The translations under genes were made by a program, and so were the position numbers. The notes beneath the pieces were generated by a model. The model was given only the letters and a program-made list of their open reading frames with translations, was not told the origin of the DNA and ran no database searches. Shown in pieces: positions 29,927 to 38,764 of a DNA stretch of 64,000 nucleotides. Numbering within the stretch: the stretch's first letter is position 1; the number at the start of each line of letters is the position of its first letter. The stretch is taken from contig JAZJZK010000007.1 of assembly GCA_040389905.1 (NCBI GenBank), positions 223,492 to 287,491 on the forward strand, given 5' to 3'. The stretch is from Gemmatimonadota bacterium. Lineage in GTDB: Bacteria; Gemmatimonadota; Gemmatimonadetes; Gemmatimonadales; Gemmatimonadaceae.

Positions 29927-31414
29927 ATGAAGCACGCAAAGATTCTCATTGCCGATGACGAAGCGGCCATTACGACTGGATTGGGCGCCATTCTCGAGGA
30001 CGCCGGCTACAACGTCGAGGTCGTCGCCGATGGGCAGAAGGCACTCGAGATGCTGTCCGCGGAGCGCTATGGCGTCGTGCTCGCGGACCTCAAGATGCCG
30101 CGGTTGGACGGTCTCGCGCTGCTCGGTGAGCTCCAGCAACGGAAGATTCCGACAGAGTGCATCATCATCACGGGGCAGGCCACCGTGGATTCCGCCGTTC
30201 AGGCGATGCAACAGGGTGCCTACGACTACATCGAGAAGCCGCTCAATGCGGAGAAGCTCAACCGCCTCAAGGCACTCATTCCGAAAGCCCTCGACAAATA
30301 CCAGGTCCAGCAAACCAACCGCGAGTTGGCATCAAAGCTGGAGGGGCTCACGCATTACGGTGAGCTCACCGGCCAGAGCGACTCCATGCGCTCCGTCTAT
30401 CAGGTCATCGAAGCGGTGGCGCCGAGTACCGCGAGCGTCCTGATCCTTGGAGAGAGTGGCACGGGGAAGGAACTCGTCGCGCGCGCCCTCCACACGAAGA
30501 GCGATCGAGCGAAGGGGCCATTCTTCGCGCTGAACTGCGCGGCGCTCCCGAAGGAGATCCTGGAAAACGAACTGTTCGGCCACGAAAAAGGCGCGTTTAC
30601 CGGCTCGATTTCGGAAAAGCAGGGCGCCTTCGAGATGTCGAGTGGAGGCACGATCTTCCTCGATGAGATGGCGGAGATGCCCACCGATATTCAGGTCAAG
30701 CTCCTGCGTGCGATCGAGACGAAGCAGATCCGCAGGCTCGGCGGGAAGAAGGAGATTACCGTCGATATTCGCATCCTTGCGGCCACCAACAAGAACCTCC
30801 AGAAGGCGATCGCCGACGGCGAGTTGCGCGAGGATCTGTACTACCGGTTGGCCGTCGTCGAAATCGATTTGCCGCCCCTCCGCGAGCGTGCGGATGACAT
30901 CCAGTTGCTTGCGAACGAATTCCTCGGTCGCTTTGCGCAGCAGAACGGAAAACCACTCAACAAGTTCGATGACGCGGCCTGGGAGTGGATGCTGAGCTAT
31001 CACTGGCCCGGCAACGTGCGTGAACTCAAGAACGCCGTGGAACGGGCGGTCATCATGGCCCGCGGTAGCACGATTTCCGCGTCCGATATCATTCCGCGCC
31101 ACCTCCGTGGCGGTGAGATGCCGACCGCGCTCACTATTCCCGTTGGCGCGACGGCAGCGGAAGCGCGGCAGCAACTCGTGCTTAGAACCTTCGCCTCGAC
31201 GGCGGGTGATGCCGCCCGAACCGGGAAGGTCCTCGGCATCTCGGAACGCGAAGTGCGTAGTGAGCTCAGCGCGCTGATCAACGGCCCGGCCGATGCACTG
31301 GTCGAGGCGGAGTCCGAAACGGACGCGAGCAGCGAGAAAGCCACGAAGAAGAAAGAGCCGGCAACGCCATCGCGTCCGCCGGCGAAGAAACCACCGATCA
31401 AGAAGGGGCGTTGA
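29927..31414 (+). CDS. Sigma54-dependent response regulator (NtrC/AtoC family)
   Basis: REC (ADD, DLKMP, KP); GESGTGKE, ELFGHEKGAFTGS, FLDE, LREDLYYRL, WPGNVRELKN; degenerate HTH and Lys/Pro tail. Confidence 0.93.
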   Translation: MKHAKILIADDEAAITTGLGAILEDAGYNVEVVADGQKALEMLSAERYGVVLADLKMPRLDGLALLGELQQRKIPTECIIITGQATVDSAVQAMQQGAYDYIEKPLNAEKLNRLKALIPKALDKYQVQQTNRELASKLEGLTHYGELTGQSDSMRSVYQVIEAVAPSTASVLILGESGTGKELVARALHTKSDRAKGPFFALNCAALPKEILENELFGHEKGAFTGSISEKQGAFEMSSGGTIFLDEMAEMPTDIQVKLLRAIETKQIRRLGGKKEITVDIRILAATNKNLQKAIADGELREDLYYRLAVVEIDLPPLRERADDIQLLANEFLGRFAQQNGKPLNKFDDAAWEWMLSYHWPGNVRELKNAVERAVIMARGSTISASDIIPRHLRGGEMPTALTIPVGATAAEARQQLVLRTFASTAGDAARTGKVLGISEREVRSELSALINGPADALVEAESETDASSEKATKKKEPATPSRPPAKKPPIKKGR

Positions 31415-31437
31415 GCCCCGGAGCAGAGGAACTTGGC

Positions 31438-31911
31438 ATGCGACGGCACCACGAGTACGACGGCGAGCGGTACGTTGTCATCGAGAAGCACGGAAGCGAT
31501 GTGGGAAGCCTTCTCCTCGGCGTCCTGATCGGGGCAGGTGTGGCGCTGCTGTTCGCGCCGCAGTCCGGCCCTGAAACCAGGCGCGCCATTCGCCGCAAGG
31601 CGCAGGAGGCGACGGACGCGGTGAAAGGCGTCGCTGACGACGTGACCACCCAGGTGTCCGATACGTTCGAGGCCGCTCGCTCCCGCGTCGAAGAGCAGAT
31701 CGACTCGGCGCGCAATGCCATCGTGCGCAAGAAGCGTCAGGTAACGCGGGCCATGGAGGCCGGGCGCGAGGCGGCCGCCGAAGCGCGCGGAGAACTCGAA
31801 CAGCAAATCGCCGAAACAAAGGCGGCGTACAATGCCGGTGCCGATGTCGCGCGCACGGCGCGCGCCGTGGACGGGCGGCCGCCCGTATCGCGCGCTGACA
31901 CGAACCTGTAA
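31438..31911 (+). CDS. YtxH-domain protein
   Basis: LLGVLIGAGVALLFAPQSGPETRRAI; alternative TTG start at 31411 overlaps the upstream stop. Confidence 0.9.
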   Translation: MRRHHEYDGERYVVIEKHGSDVGSLLLGVLIGAGVALLFAPQSGPETRRAIRRKAQEATDAVKGVADDVTTQVSDTFEAARSRVEEQIDSARNAIVRKKRQVTRAMEAGREAAAEARGELEQQIAETKAAYNAGADVARTARAVDGRPPVSRADTNL

Positions 31912-31995
31912 ACGCGAGACGACGCTCTGCCAGACCTCCCCACGGTCGCGGATCTCCGCGCTATTCCGCGCTCGTGGGCGTCGCGCGCGGGATGG

Positions 31996-32868
31996 ATGAT
32001 CCGCGACTATGCCAAGCGAGTGTGGGACAATTCCGGCGAAGACAATGTGCTCTTCCTGGCAGGTGGCATTGCATTCAACATCCTGCTGGCCGCCGTTCCC
32101 TTCGTGCTGCTACTGGTCTGGTTCCTCACCTTTCTGTTGAACCAGTCCTCGGCAAACGCGAACGAAGTCGTCATTCACTACATCGACAAGCTGCTTCCCG
32201 AGCATCGCGAACTGGCCACGGCACCGGAACACATGTTGATCAACAACATGCTCGCCGGACACAACCAGCTCCCGATCTGGAGCTCGATCGGCTTCGTCTG
32301 GTTTTCGACACGACTGTTCGGATCGCTTCGCACGGTACTGGCGAGCGTCTTCGACATCGAGAACGAGCGCAGCATCATCGGCGGAAAAATCTTCGACATC
32401 CAGATCACGATCTTGTCGACGGTATTGATCACGGCCAACACGCTCATCAGTGGATACGTGCTGCTCGCCACGAAGAGCAGCGTGCGATTGCTGGAGGACC
32501 TTGGCATCCGCCACGACGTGATGGGGCGGGCAACAGCAGCGGGGACGCACCTCGTGGCGTCCGGACTGCTGGCCACGATGTTCTTCTCGCTCTACAAGTT
32601 CTTGCCCGTTCGTCGCGTGCGCACGCGCACCGCATGGGTGGCCGCCGGCTTCACGACAGTGATGTTCGAACTCGCGAAATTCGCTTTCGCCGCGTATGCG
32701 GTGCAATTCAAGCCGGCGTCGCTCTATAGCGGATCGGTCGCGACCATCGTGCTCGTGGTCGTCTGGGTCTACTATGCCGCACTCATCTTCATCCTCGGTG
32801 GGGAAGTGGGGCAGGTGTACGAGCTGAGGCGCACGCGTAAACGGCAACGCGAGGTCTTCCTCGACTGA
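31996..32868 (+). CDS. YihY/virulence factor BrkB family membrane protein
   Basis: LAGGIAFNILLAAVPF, YKFLP, YSGS...WVYYAALIFILGGE. Confidence 0.9.
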   Translation: MIRDYAKRVWDNSGEDNVLFLAGGIAFNILLAAVPFVLLLVWFLTFLLNQSSANANEVVIHYIDKLLPEHRELATAPEHMLINNMLAGHNQLPIWSSIGFVWFSTRLFGSLRTVLASVFDIENERSIIGGKIFDIQITILSTVLITANTLISGYVLLATKSSVRLLEDLGIRHDVMGRATAAGTHLVASGLLATMFFSLYKFLPVRRVRTRTAWVAAGFTTVMFELAKFAFAAYAVQFKPASLYSGSVATIVLVVVWVYYAALIFILGGEVGQVYELRRTRKRQREVFLD

Positions 32869-32903
32869 CGAAGTGCTCGCTGCATCGCGTTGAAGCGGGC
32901 ACG

Positions 32904-32918
32904 TGGCTCAAAGGTTGC
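32904..32918 (+). promoter_or_regulatory. Putative sigma54 (-24/-12) promoter
   Basis: TGGCTC-AAAGG-TTGC with exact GG-N10-GC spacing, 40 nt before the lipoprotein ATG. Confidence 0.6.
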
Positions 32919-32958
32919 CTTTGAACGGCGCGAACGCGCCACCCAGGGAGGCAACCCC

Positions 32959-33231
32959 ATGCGCAAGATGCTACTCGGCGCCGTCTTACTCACTCTGCCA
33001 CTCGCAGCGTGCAAGAAAGTCGGCGATGACACGTACCAGGTGAAGACACCAACCGTCGGTTTGGACACCCATACCGTGACGACGCCCAGCGTCGACGTTG
33101 GTTCGAAGATCGACACCATCAATACCCCGACGATCGGAACGAAGAAGGACACGATCATCATCGACAAGCCGGTGGTCGGCACGAAGAAGACGGAAGTGAA
33201 GGTGCCGACGGTGACCGTGAAGAAGCCCTGA
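32959..33231 (+). CDS. Small Thr/Val/Lys-rich repeat lipoprotein
   Basis: SD GGAGG; lipobox LAAC; about five P(T/S/V)(V/I) repeats. Confidence 0.85.
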   Translation: MRKMLLGAVLLTLPLAACKKVGDDTYQVKTPTVGLDTHTVTTPSVDVGSKIDTINTPTIGTKKDTIIIDKPVVGTKKTEVKVPTVTVKKP

Positions 33232-33235
33232 CGTA

Positions 33236-33356
33236 GGGGACAGGGGACAGGGGACAGGGGACAGGGGACAGGGGACAGGGGACAGGAAGGGCACACCGAA
33301 CTAGCTTCGTTGTGCTGTTCCTGTCCCCTGTCCCCTGTCCCCTGTCCCCTGTCACC
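33236..33356. repeat. Inverted heptamer tandem arms (GGGGACA)7...(TGTCCCC)4
   Basis: Directly visible; same unit as 23975-24082. Confidence 0.95.
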
Positions 33357-34406
33357 TTGCCAACAGATATCCGCTCCGACACAGTCACCAAGCCGTCGCT
33401 CGCCATGCGCCAGGCTATGGCAAATGCCGAGGTTGGCGATGACGTCCTCGACGGCGATCCCACGGTTGCCCGCGTAGAGTCTCGTGTTGCCGAGTTGCTG
33501 GGGAAGGAGGCCGCGCTCTACTTCCCCACGGGTTCGATGGCGAACATGACCGGCGTCGCCGTGTGGGCCTCACAGGGCTCCGAGGCGGTGCTCGACGCCG
33601 ATGCGCACATCATTCAGGGCGAGATGGCGGGCGTTGCCGCCCTCTTTGGCGTGCAGATCCGGCCTGCCCAGCCCGCGAACGGCCGCATCGTGATGGGGGC
33701 GGACGATCTACGCAGCGCGCTCCGGCCTCCCTCGAAGCACGATCCGGTCATCAGTGTGATCTGCCTGGAGAACACGCACAACGGCGCCGGCGGAAAGGTG
33801 TCGACACTGTCCGAGATGCGTGCGCTCGTTGACGTCGCCCGAGAGCACGGCATTCCCGTGCACCTCGATGGCGCGCGGCTGTGGAATGCGAGTGCAGCCA
33901 CTGGAACGTCGCTCGCCGATTTCGCTGCCTGCGCTGACACCGTGATGCTGAGCTTCTCGAAGGGCCTTGGTTGCCCTGTGGGCGCCATTCTCACCGGCGA
34001 CGCCAAGGCGATCCGGCGCGCGCACGCCATTCGGAAGCGATTGGGCGGCGGGATGCGCCAGTCCGGCATCATCGCCGCGGCGGCGCTGTACGGGCTGGAG
34101 AACAACCTCGAGCGCCTGCCGGAAGATCACTTGAAGGCGCGGACCTTCGCTGAGCTCGTGAGCGGCGCCGGCGGCGCGCGCGTCGTCTGGCCGGATACGA
34201 ATATCGTGATGATCGACCTGCCGTCGGGACTCTCGAGTGGCATGGTTGCAACGCGCGCGGCGGAAAACGGCGTGCTCATCAGCGAGTGGAATCCCACCCG
34301 CGTGCGCGCGGTGGCGCATCTCGACGTGAGCGCTGCCGAGATGATGCAGGCGGCGGCCGTGGTTCGGGCGGCGATCGAGGGGTGCGCAGCTCAAGTCCGC
34401 GAGTGA
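33357..34406 (+). CDS. ltaE: Low-specificity L-threonine aldolase (PLP)
   Basis: DIRSDTVTKP, VGDDV, ENTHN, HLDGARLWNA, SKGLG, GGGMRQSG; TTG start assumed right after the repeat. Confidence 0.92.
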   Translation: MPTDIRSDTVTKPSLAMRQAMANAEVGDDVLDGDPTVARVESRVAELLGKEAALYFPTGSMANMTGVAVWASQGSEAVLDADAHIIQGEMAGVAALFGVQIRPAQPANGRIVMGADDLRSALRPPSKHDPVISVICLENTHNGAGGKVSTLSEMRALVDVAREHGIPVHLDGARLWNASAATGTSLADFAACADTVMLSFSKGLGCPVGAILTGDAKAIRRAHAIRKRLGGGMRQSGIIAAAALYGLENNLERLPEDHLKARTFAELVSGAGGARVVWPDTNIVMIDLPSGLSSGMVATRAAENGVLISEWNPTRVRAVAHLDVSAAEMMQAAAVVRAAIEGCAAQVRE

Positions 34407-34409
34407 GGC

Positions 34410-34438
34410 TTGGAGCGTGTTCGGCGCCACATTATATT
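34410..34438 (+). promoter_or_regulatory. Putative sigma70 promoter of SRP RNA
   Basis: TTGGAG-17 nt-TATATT ending about 5 nt before the RNA stem. Confidence 0.6.
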
Positions 34439-34442
34439 TCGC

Positions 34443-34544
34443 GTGTCCCAGGTCCCGAAGGGCGGCAGCCTTCTAACTCCGTCAGGACCCCGAAGGTAGC
34501 AGCGGCATGAGGTGTCTGACGTCGCTTCGTCAGGCCTGGGATAC
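34443..34544 (+). ncRNA. ffs: Signal recognition particle RNA (small bacterial 4.5S type)
   Basis: ~100-nt hairpin closed by gtgtcccagg/cctgggatac; domain IV motif TCAGG-ACC-loop-GGT-AGCAGC; lies upstream of dnaX-ybaB-recR, a common location. Confidence 0.88.
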
Positions 34545-34610
34545 CCAACGCGGGGAGCGGCTCTCATCGAGAGTTGGCTCCCCGCGTTTGCTATCGGACT
34601 GCGAAACGAA

Positions 34611-34846
34611 CGTACGGAAGTACCCAGTACACCCAAGACGTACGACGTACCCTGCCCCCTGTATCGGGACTGGCATCCAACCCAAGAGGAGCCATCGACA
34701 CAGTCGATGGCGACGACCCAATGCCAAACGCCGTCCGAAGTCGAGGACGGCGTTATTCGTGATGCGACTCTCTGATGGCTCTTCTTGACCGGTATGCCAG
34801 TCCGGGTACCCGATTCCGGGTACCTCGTACGTCGGTGGTTGTACTG
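34611..34846. repeat. GTAC-rich repeat, inverted pair (REPIN/MITE-like)
   Basis: Forward copy ~34620-34700 and reverse copy ~34774-34846 with an internal aacgccgtcc/ggacggcgtt hairpin. Confidence 0.85.
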
Positions 34847-34884
34847 TGCACCCGGTGCGCCAGTTCTGCTTGTAGATTTCGTGT

Positions 34885-36699
34885 ATGGCTCTGGCCCTCG
34901 CTAGGAAGTACCGCCCCAAGACCTTCGCCGACGTCGCCGTGCAGGGTCACGTCGCCGCGACGCTCAAGGGTGCCATCGCCCGGAATCGTGTCGCGCACGG
35001 CTACCTGCTTTGCGGCCCGCGCGGCGTCGGGAAGACGACGCTCGCTCGCGTGCTGGCGATGGCACTCAACTGCGACCGGCGGGGCGACCCGGCCCTCGGT
35101 GGTGAGCCATGCGGCGAATGCCCGTCATGCACACGCATCTGGTCCGGTTCGTCCAGTCTCGACGTCGTCGAGATCGATGCGGCGTCGAACCGCGGCGTTG
35201 ATGACGCCCGCGAGCTTCGTGAGCGCGCCATGTATGCACCGTCGGGCGATGAGACGTACAAGGTCTACATCGTGGACGAAGCCCACATGCTCACGCGCGA
35301 GGCCTGGAACACTCTCCTGAAGGTGCTCGAGGAGCCACCGCCGCGCGTGGTGTTCGTGTTCGCCACCACCGAGCCGCAGAAGATCGCCCAGGCGGCGGCT
35401 CCCGTGTTGAGTCGCCTGCAGCGCTTCGATTTCAAGCGGATCGGCCCAGCGGAAATCCGGATTCGTCTCGAGCGCGTGCTCGCTGACGAGGGCGTGACGG
35501 CGCATCCCGATGCCCTCGCGATGATCGCTCGTGCGGCCGACGGCTCCATGCGCGACGCGCTCTCGCTGACCGACCAGGTGCTGTCGATGGGCGACGGTGA
35601 CGTTGCTCCCGAGCGCGTGCGCGACGCACTTGGCCTCGTCCCGGAAGACGAATTCGTCGCGCTGCTCGACTTGCTGGCCGACCGCCGAGCGGGTGACGTG
35701 TTTGCGTTCGTCGGTCGTCTTGCGGATGCGGGGATCGATTTCGGCCAGTTCCTCACGGGATTTGCCGACATGGTGCGCGCGCAACTGGCGGTCACGCTCG
35801 GCGGCGTGGCCGCCGAAACGAGCGACCGAATTCGCGACGCGCTCGCGGCACGAACCGAGGTGTATTCCGCGGGAGATCTTTTGCGCATGCTCGCGGCGCT
35901 GACGGAACTCGAGCCCAGATTCCGGAAGAGTGGGCAGCAGCAGTTGCTCCTCGAGGCCCTGCTCGTTCGCTTCGCGTTGCTGGATCGCACGGTGTCACTG
36001 GAAGCGATGCTGCGCCACGTCGGTGGCGGAGGGACCGGCGGCGCGCTGCCGGACGAGGAGCGCACGCCCCGGCGGTCGGCGCCGCCAATGCCTGCTCCCG
36101 CCCCCGTGCAGGCCGCACCGGCAACCGCACCGGCGCCCGCCTCGACAGCGGAGAAGGCCGTTCCGCCGCGTCCGCAGGGCGACGCATCAGCCGATTGGCG
36201 CGTCGCGATCAAGGACGCAGACCGTCCAGCGCTCACAGTTCCGGAAGCGCCGCCGGCGCCGCTCAGGCCGGCCTCTCCGGCGAAACCGGCGCAGGCGCCG
36301 CCGGGCGCATCGATACCCGACGTCAGCGCGCTGGCGGAGCGGTGGGACGAGGTGGTTTCGGCGCTTCGGTCGGCAGGAAAGAGTCTCGCCGCGACGGCGC
36401 TTGCCCACTCGACGCCGACCTCCGTGACGGCCAAAGGCGAAGTCCTCATCTCGCTCGACGAAGCCAATCCCATTCACGAACAGGCGCTCGACAGCGTGAA
36501 GGGAGACATCACGGTGCTGCTGAATGGCTGGTATCCGGCCATCCAGCGTGTGGTCGTTCGCGCTCCGGCCAGCTCTACGACTCCGCCCACGCGGCTGACC
36601 GACGAAATGGTGCGTTCGGAGCGACTGACGTCGCTTCGGCGCAAGGATCCCGTTCTCGATCGTGCCGTCGACGTCCTCGATTTGGATCTCGCGGATTAG
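34885..36699 (+). CDS. dnaX: DNA polymerase III subunit gamma/tau
   Basis: LARKYRP, GPRGVGKTT, Zn-binding Cys cluster, EIDAASN, DEAHML, LEEPP. Confidence 0.97.
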   Translation: MALALARKYRPKTFADVAVQGHVAATLKGAIARNRVAHGYLLCGPRGVGKTTLARVLAMALNCDRRGDPALGGEPCGECPSCTRIWSGSSSLDVVEIDAASNRGVDDARELRERAMYAPSGDETYKVYIVDEAHMLTREAWNTLLKVLEEPPPRVVFVFATTEPQKIAQAAAPVLSRLQRFDFKRIGPAEIRIRLERVLADEGVTAHPDALAMIARAADGSMRDALSLTDQVLSMGDGDVAPERVRDALGLVPEDEFVALLDLLADRRAGDVFAFVGRLADAGIDFGQFLTGFADMVRAQLAVTLGGVAAETSDRIRDALAARTEVYSAGDLLRMLAALTELEPRFRKSGQQQLLLEALLVRFALLDRTVSLEAMLRHVGGGGTGGALPDEERTPRRSAPPMPAPAPVQAAPATAPAPASTAEKAVPPRPQGDASADWRVAIKDADRPALTVPEAPPAPLRPASPAKPAQAPPGASIPDVSALAERWDEVVSALRSAGKSLAATALAHSTPTSVTAKGEVLISLDEANPIHEQALDSVKGDITVLLNGWYPAIQRVVVRAPASSTTPPTRLTDEMVRSERLTSLRRKDPVLDRAVDVLDLDLAD

Positions 36700-36727
36700 G
36701 TGACGTTCCGCCGGTGAGCGATTCGCT

Positions 36728-36766
36728 CGTTTTGTCGCCCTGAGCGACGCGAAGGGCCCGCACCTG
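36728..36766 (+). repeat. REP-like element
   Basis: cgttttgtcgccctgagcgacgcgaagggcccgcacctg. Confidence 0.85.
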
Positions 36767-37068
36767 ACGAACGCGGGGTCGCACAACTGGTATTCCGTGT
36801 TGTTTGGAGTATTTCACCTCGGCGGGCCACAACGACCCAACGGGAGGAGCGCCAACGCTTTTGATCCTCGGGACGCGTCTCGCACTGTAGGAGCGTCCCG
36901 GAAAATCCGCTCAATCCGTAGAATCCGCTCCCCAAACCTGGGTCGGTGTGGCTAGCGCTGGCGGATCAACGCTCGCCAACGCGAGCAGGTACTCTCCGTT
37001 CCACCTGTAGTTGCCACGACACCGCGACGCGGCATAGCTTACCACGTTCACACTGAGTCGCGCAGGCA

Positions 37069-37380
37069 ATGGCAGATTTCATGAAAATCCTGCAACAAGC
37101 GCAGGAGATGCAGGGTAAGTTTCAGGCGCTGCAGAGCGACCTTCAGAAGGAGATGGTGTCGGCGTCTGCGGGTGGTGGGATGGTGAGGGTCGAAGCGAAC
37201 GGTCAGGGTACGGTGCGGTCGATCAAGATCGATCCGAGCGTGGTCAACGCGTCGGATGTCGAGATGCTCGAGGACCTGATCCTCGTCGCGGTCACGGAGG
37301 CGCAGAAAAAGGCACAGGACATCGCGCAGCGCGAGATGGGCAAGCTGACCGGCGGTCTGCCGTTCAAGCTCCCGTTCTAG
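37069..37380 (+). CDS. ybaB: YbaB/EbfC nucleoid-associated protein
   Basis: QAQEMQ, SAGGGMV.V..NG, DVEMLEDLI; position between dnaX and recR. Confidence 0.95.
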   Translation: MADFMKILQQAQEMQGKFQALQSDLQKEMVSASAGGGMVRVEANGQGTVRSIKIDPSVVNASDVEMLEDLILVAVTEAQKKAQDIAQREMGKLTGGLPFKLPF

Positions 37381-37392
37381 TCTCGGGCGACC

Positions 37393-37980
37393 ATGTCGGC
37401 AATCGATGAGCTCACCGGAGAGCTGGCCAGGCTACCCGGCATCGGGCGCAAGACCGCGCTTCGGCTCACATATCATCTCCTCAAGCAGCCACCGGAGCAG
37501 AGTCGCCGGCTGGCAGACGCATTGAGGACGCTGTCCGAAAAGATCAGGCCCTGCTCGCGGTGCTTCAATTTGACGGAAGAGGTGTTGTGCGTCATCTGTC
37601 GTGATGCGCGGCGGGATCCCGCGCTGATCTGTGTGGTCGAGGAGGCCGCGGACATCAGTGCGATCGAACGTGCAGGCGAGTATCGTGGACACTATCATGT
37701 GCTGGGCGGTCGGCTCTCACCTCTCGACGGCGTGACACCGGATGACCTGAACATTCCGCAGCTGCTCGTCCGGGTCGAAGGCGGTGCGGTGCGCGAGGTG
37801 ATCCTGGCCACCAACCCGAGTCTCGAGGGCGAGGCGACGGCGCTTTACGTTCAGCGCCAGTTGGCAGCGCATGAGCTGTCGGTCACACGGATTGCGCGCG
37901 GGCTGCCGGTTGGTGGTGATCTGGAGTACGCAGATGGCGTGACGATTGCCCAGGCGCTGTCGGCGCGGAGGGCCATGTGA
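37393..37980 (+). CDS. recR: Recombination mediator RecR
   Basis: LPGIGRKTA.RL, C4 finger, ICVVE, YHVLGG.LSPLDG, EGEATA. Confidence 0.97.
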   Translation: MSAIDELTGELARLPGIGRKTALRLTYHLLKQPPEQSRRLADALRTLSEKIRPCSRCFNLTEEVLCVICRDARRDPALICVVEEAADISAIERAGEYRGHYHVLGGRLSPLDGVTPDDLNIPQLLVRVEGGAVREVILATNPSLEGEATALYVQRQLAAHELSVTRIARGLPVGGDLEYADGVTIAQALSARRAM

Positions 37981-38273
37981 GGGTTGTTGACCGCACACGG
38001 CTGGCGGGCGTCGCCTTCCTTGGCGGTTTGGCAGCGGGTATGCTAGTGTGGAGTGCGCAAGTGCAACGAAGCCGGCGCGATCTATTCAACCGGTCGCCGA
38101 TCAAGCGTCTGGCTGCGTTGGGGTACCTCGGGAGTCAGTTCAGTTTCGAAACGGCGCGCCTGCTCACCGAGTACGTTCGGTGGGAGAAGCGTCCGATGCT
38201 CCGTCAGCGCGGCCAGCATCTGCTGCGTCGCTTGGAAGCTCACCTCGATCAGGCAAGATCCTCATGCCCGTAG
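37977..38273 (+). CDS. Small membrane-anchored hypothetical protein (HEAT-like helices)
   Basis: GTGA overlap with recR; TM helix, then RLAALGYL; overlaps the mglB start. Confidence 0.7.
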   Translation: MRVVDRTRLAGVAFLGGLAAGMLVWSAQVQRSRRDLFNRSPIKRLAALGYLGSQFSFETARLLTEYVRWEKRPMLRQRGQHLLRRLEAHLDQARSSCP

Positions 38274-38752
38274 GCGCAGCGAGCTGGTCGTTCACCGAAG
38301 ACGACTTCGCCGCGATCACCGAGTCGCTCAACCGCTTTCTCTACGAGAGCAACGCGCGCTGCTCGATGCTCGTCGACCGAAGTGGGCAACTCGTGGCGAC
38401 CGTTGGCGAACAGCCGAAATTCGACGCGACGGCGTTCGCCACGCTCACGGCGGCGGATTTCAGCGCGAACGACCAATTGGCGAAACTGGTTGGTGAGACG
38501 GACTTCAACTCGCTGTTCCATCAGGGCGAGAAAGAATCGATGTATCTCGCCGATGTGGCGCGACGCGTGATTCTCGTGGTGCTGTTCGACAACCGGACGA
38601 CCCTCGGCCTGGTCCGACTCAAGATGAAGGGAACGGTGGAAGAGCTCACGACGTTGTTCCAGCAGGTGTTCTCTCGCCCGACGCAGGCGCAAGGCGGCGC
38701 TCCCGGCCTGCTCGCCGGCGCCGATGATGAAATCGACAAGCTGTTCCAATAG
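38264..38752 (+). CDS. mglB: MglB roadblock/LC7 GTPase-activating protein
   Basis: LVDRSGQLVA, FATLTAADFSA..LAKLVGE..F..LFHQGE, TTLGLVRLK, DDEIDKLF. Confidence 0.93.
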   Translation: MPVGAASWSFTEDDFAAITESLNRFLYESNARCSMLVDRSGQLVATVGEQPKFDATAFATLTAADFSANDQLAKLVGETDFNSLFHQGEKESMYLADVARRVILVVLFDNRTTLGLVRLKMKGTVEELTTLFQQVFSRPTQAQGGAPGLLAGADDEIDKLFQ

Positions 38753-38764
38753 GAGACGACAGCC

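Noticed and set aside
33312..33356. LSPVPCP N-terminal extension of threonine aldolase
   Set aside because: It is the heptamer repeat read in frame; family similarity begins at DIRSDT.
34885..36699. Programmed frameshift generating the gamma subunit of dnaX
   Set aside because: I saw no A6G or long A-run slippery site; the Pro/Ala linker is ordinary.
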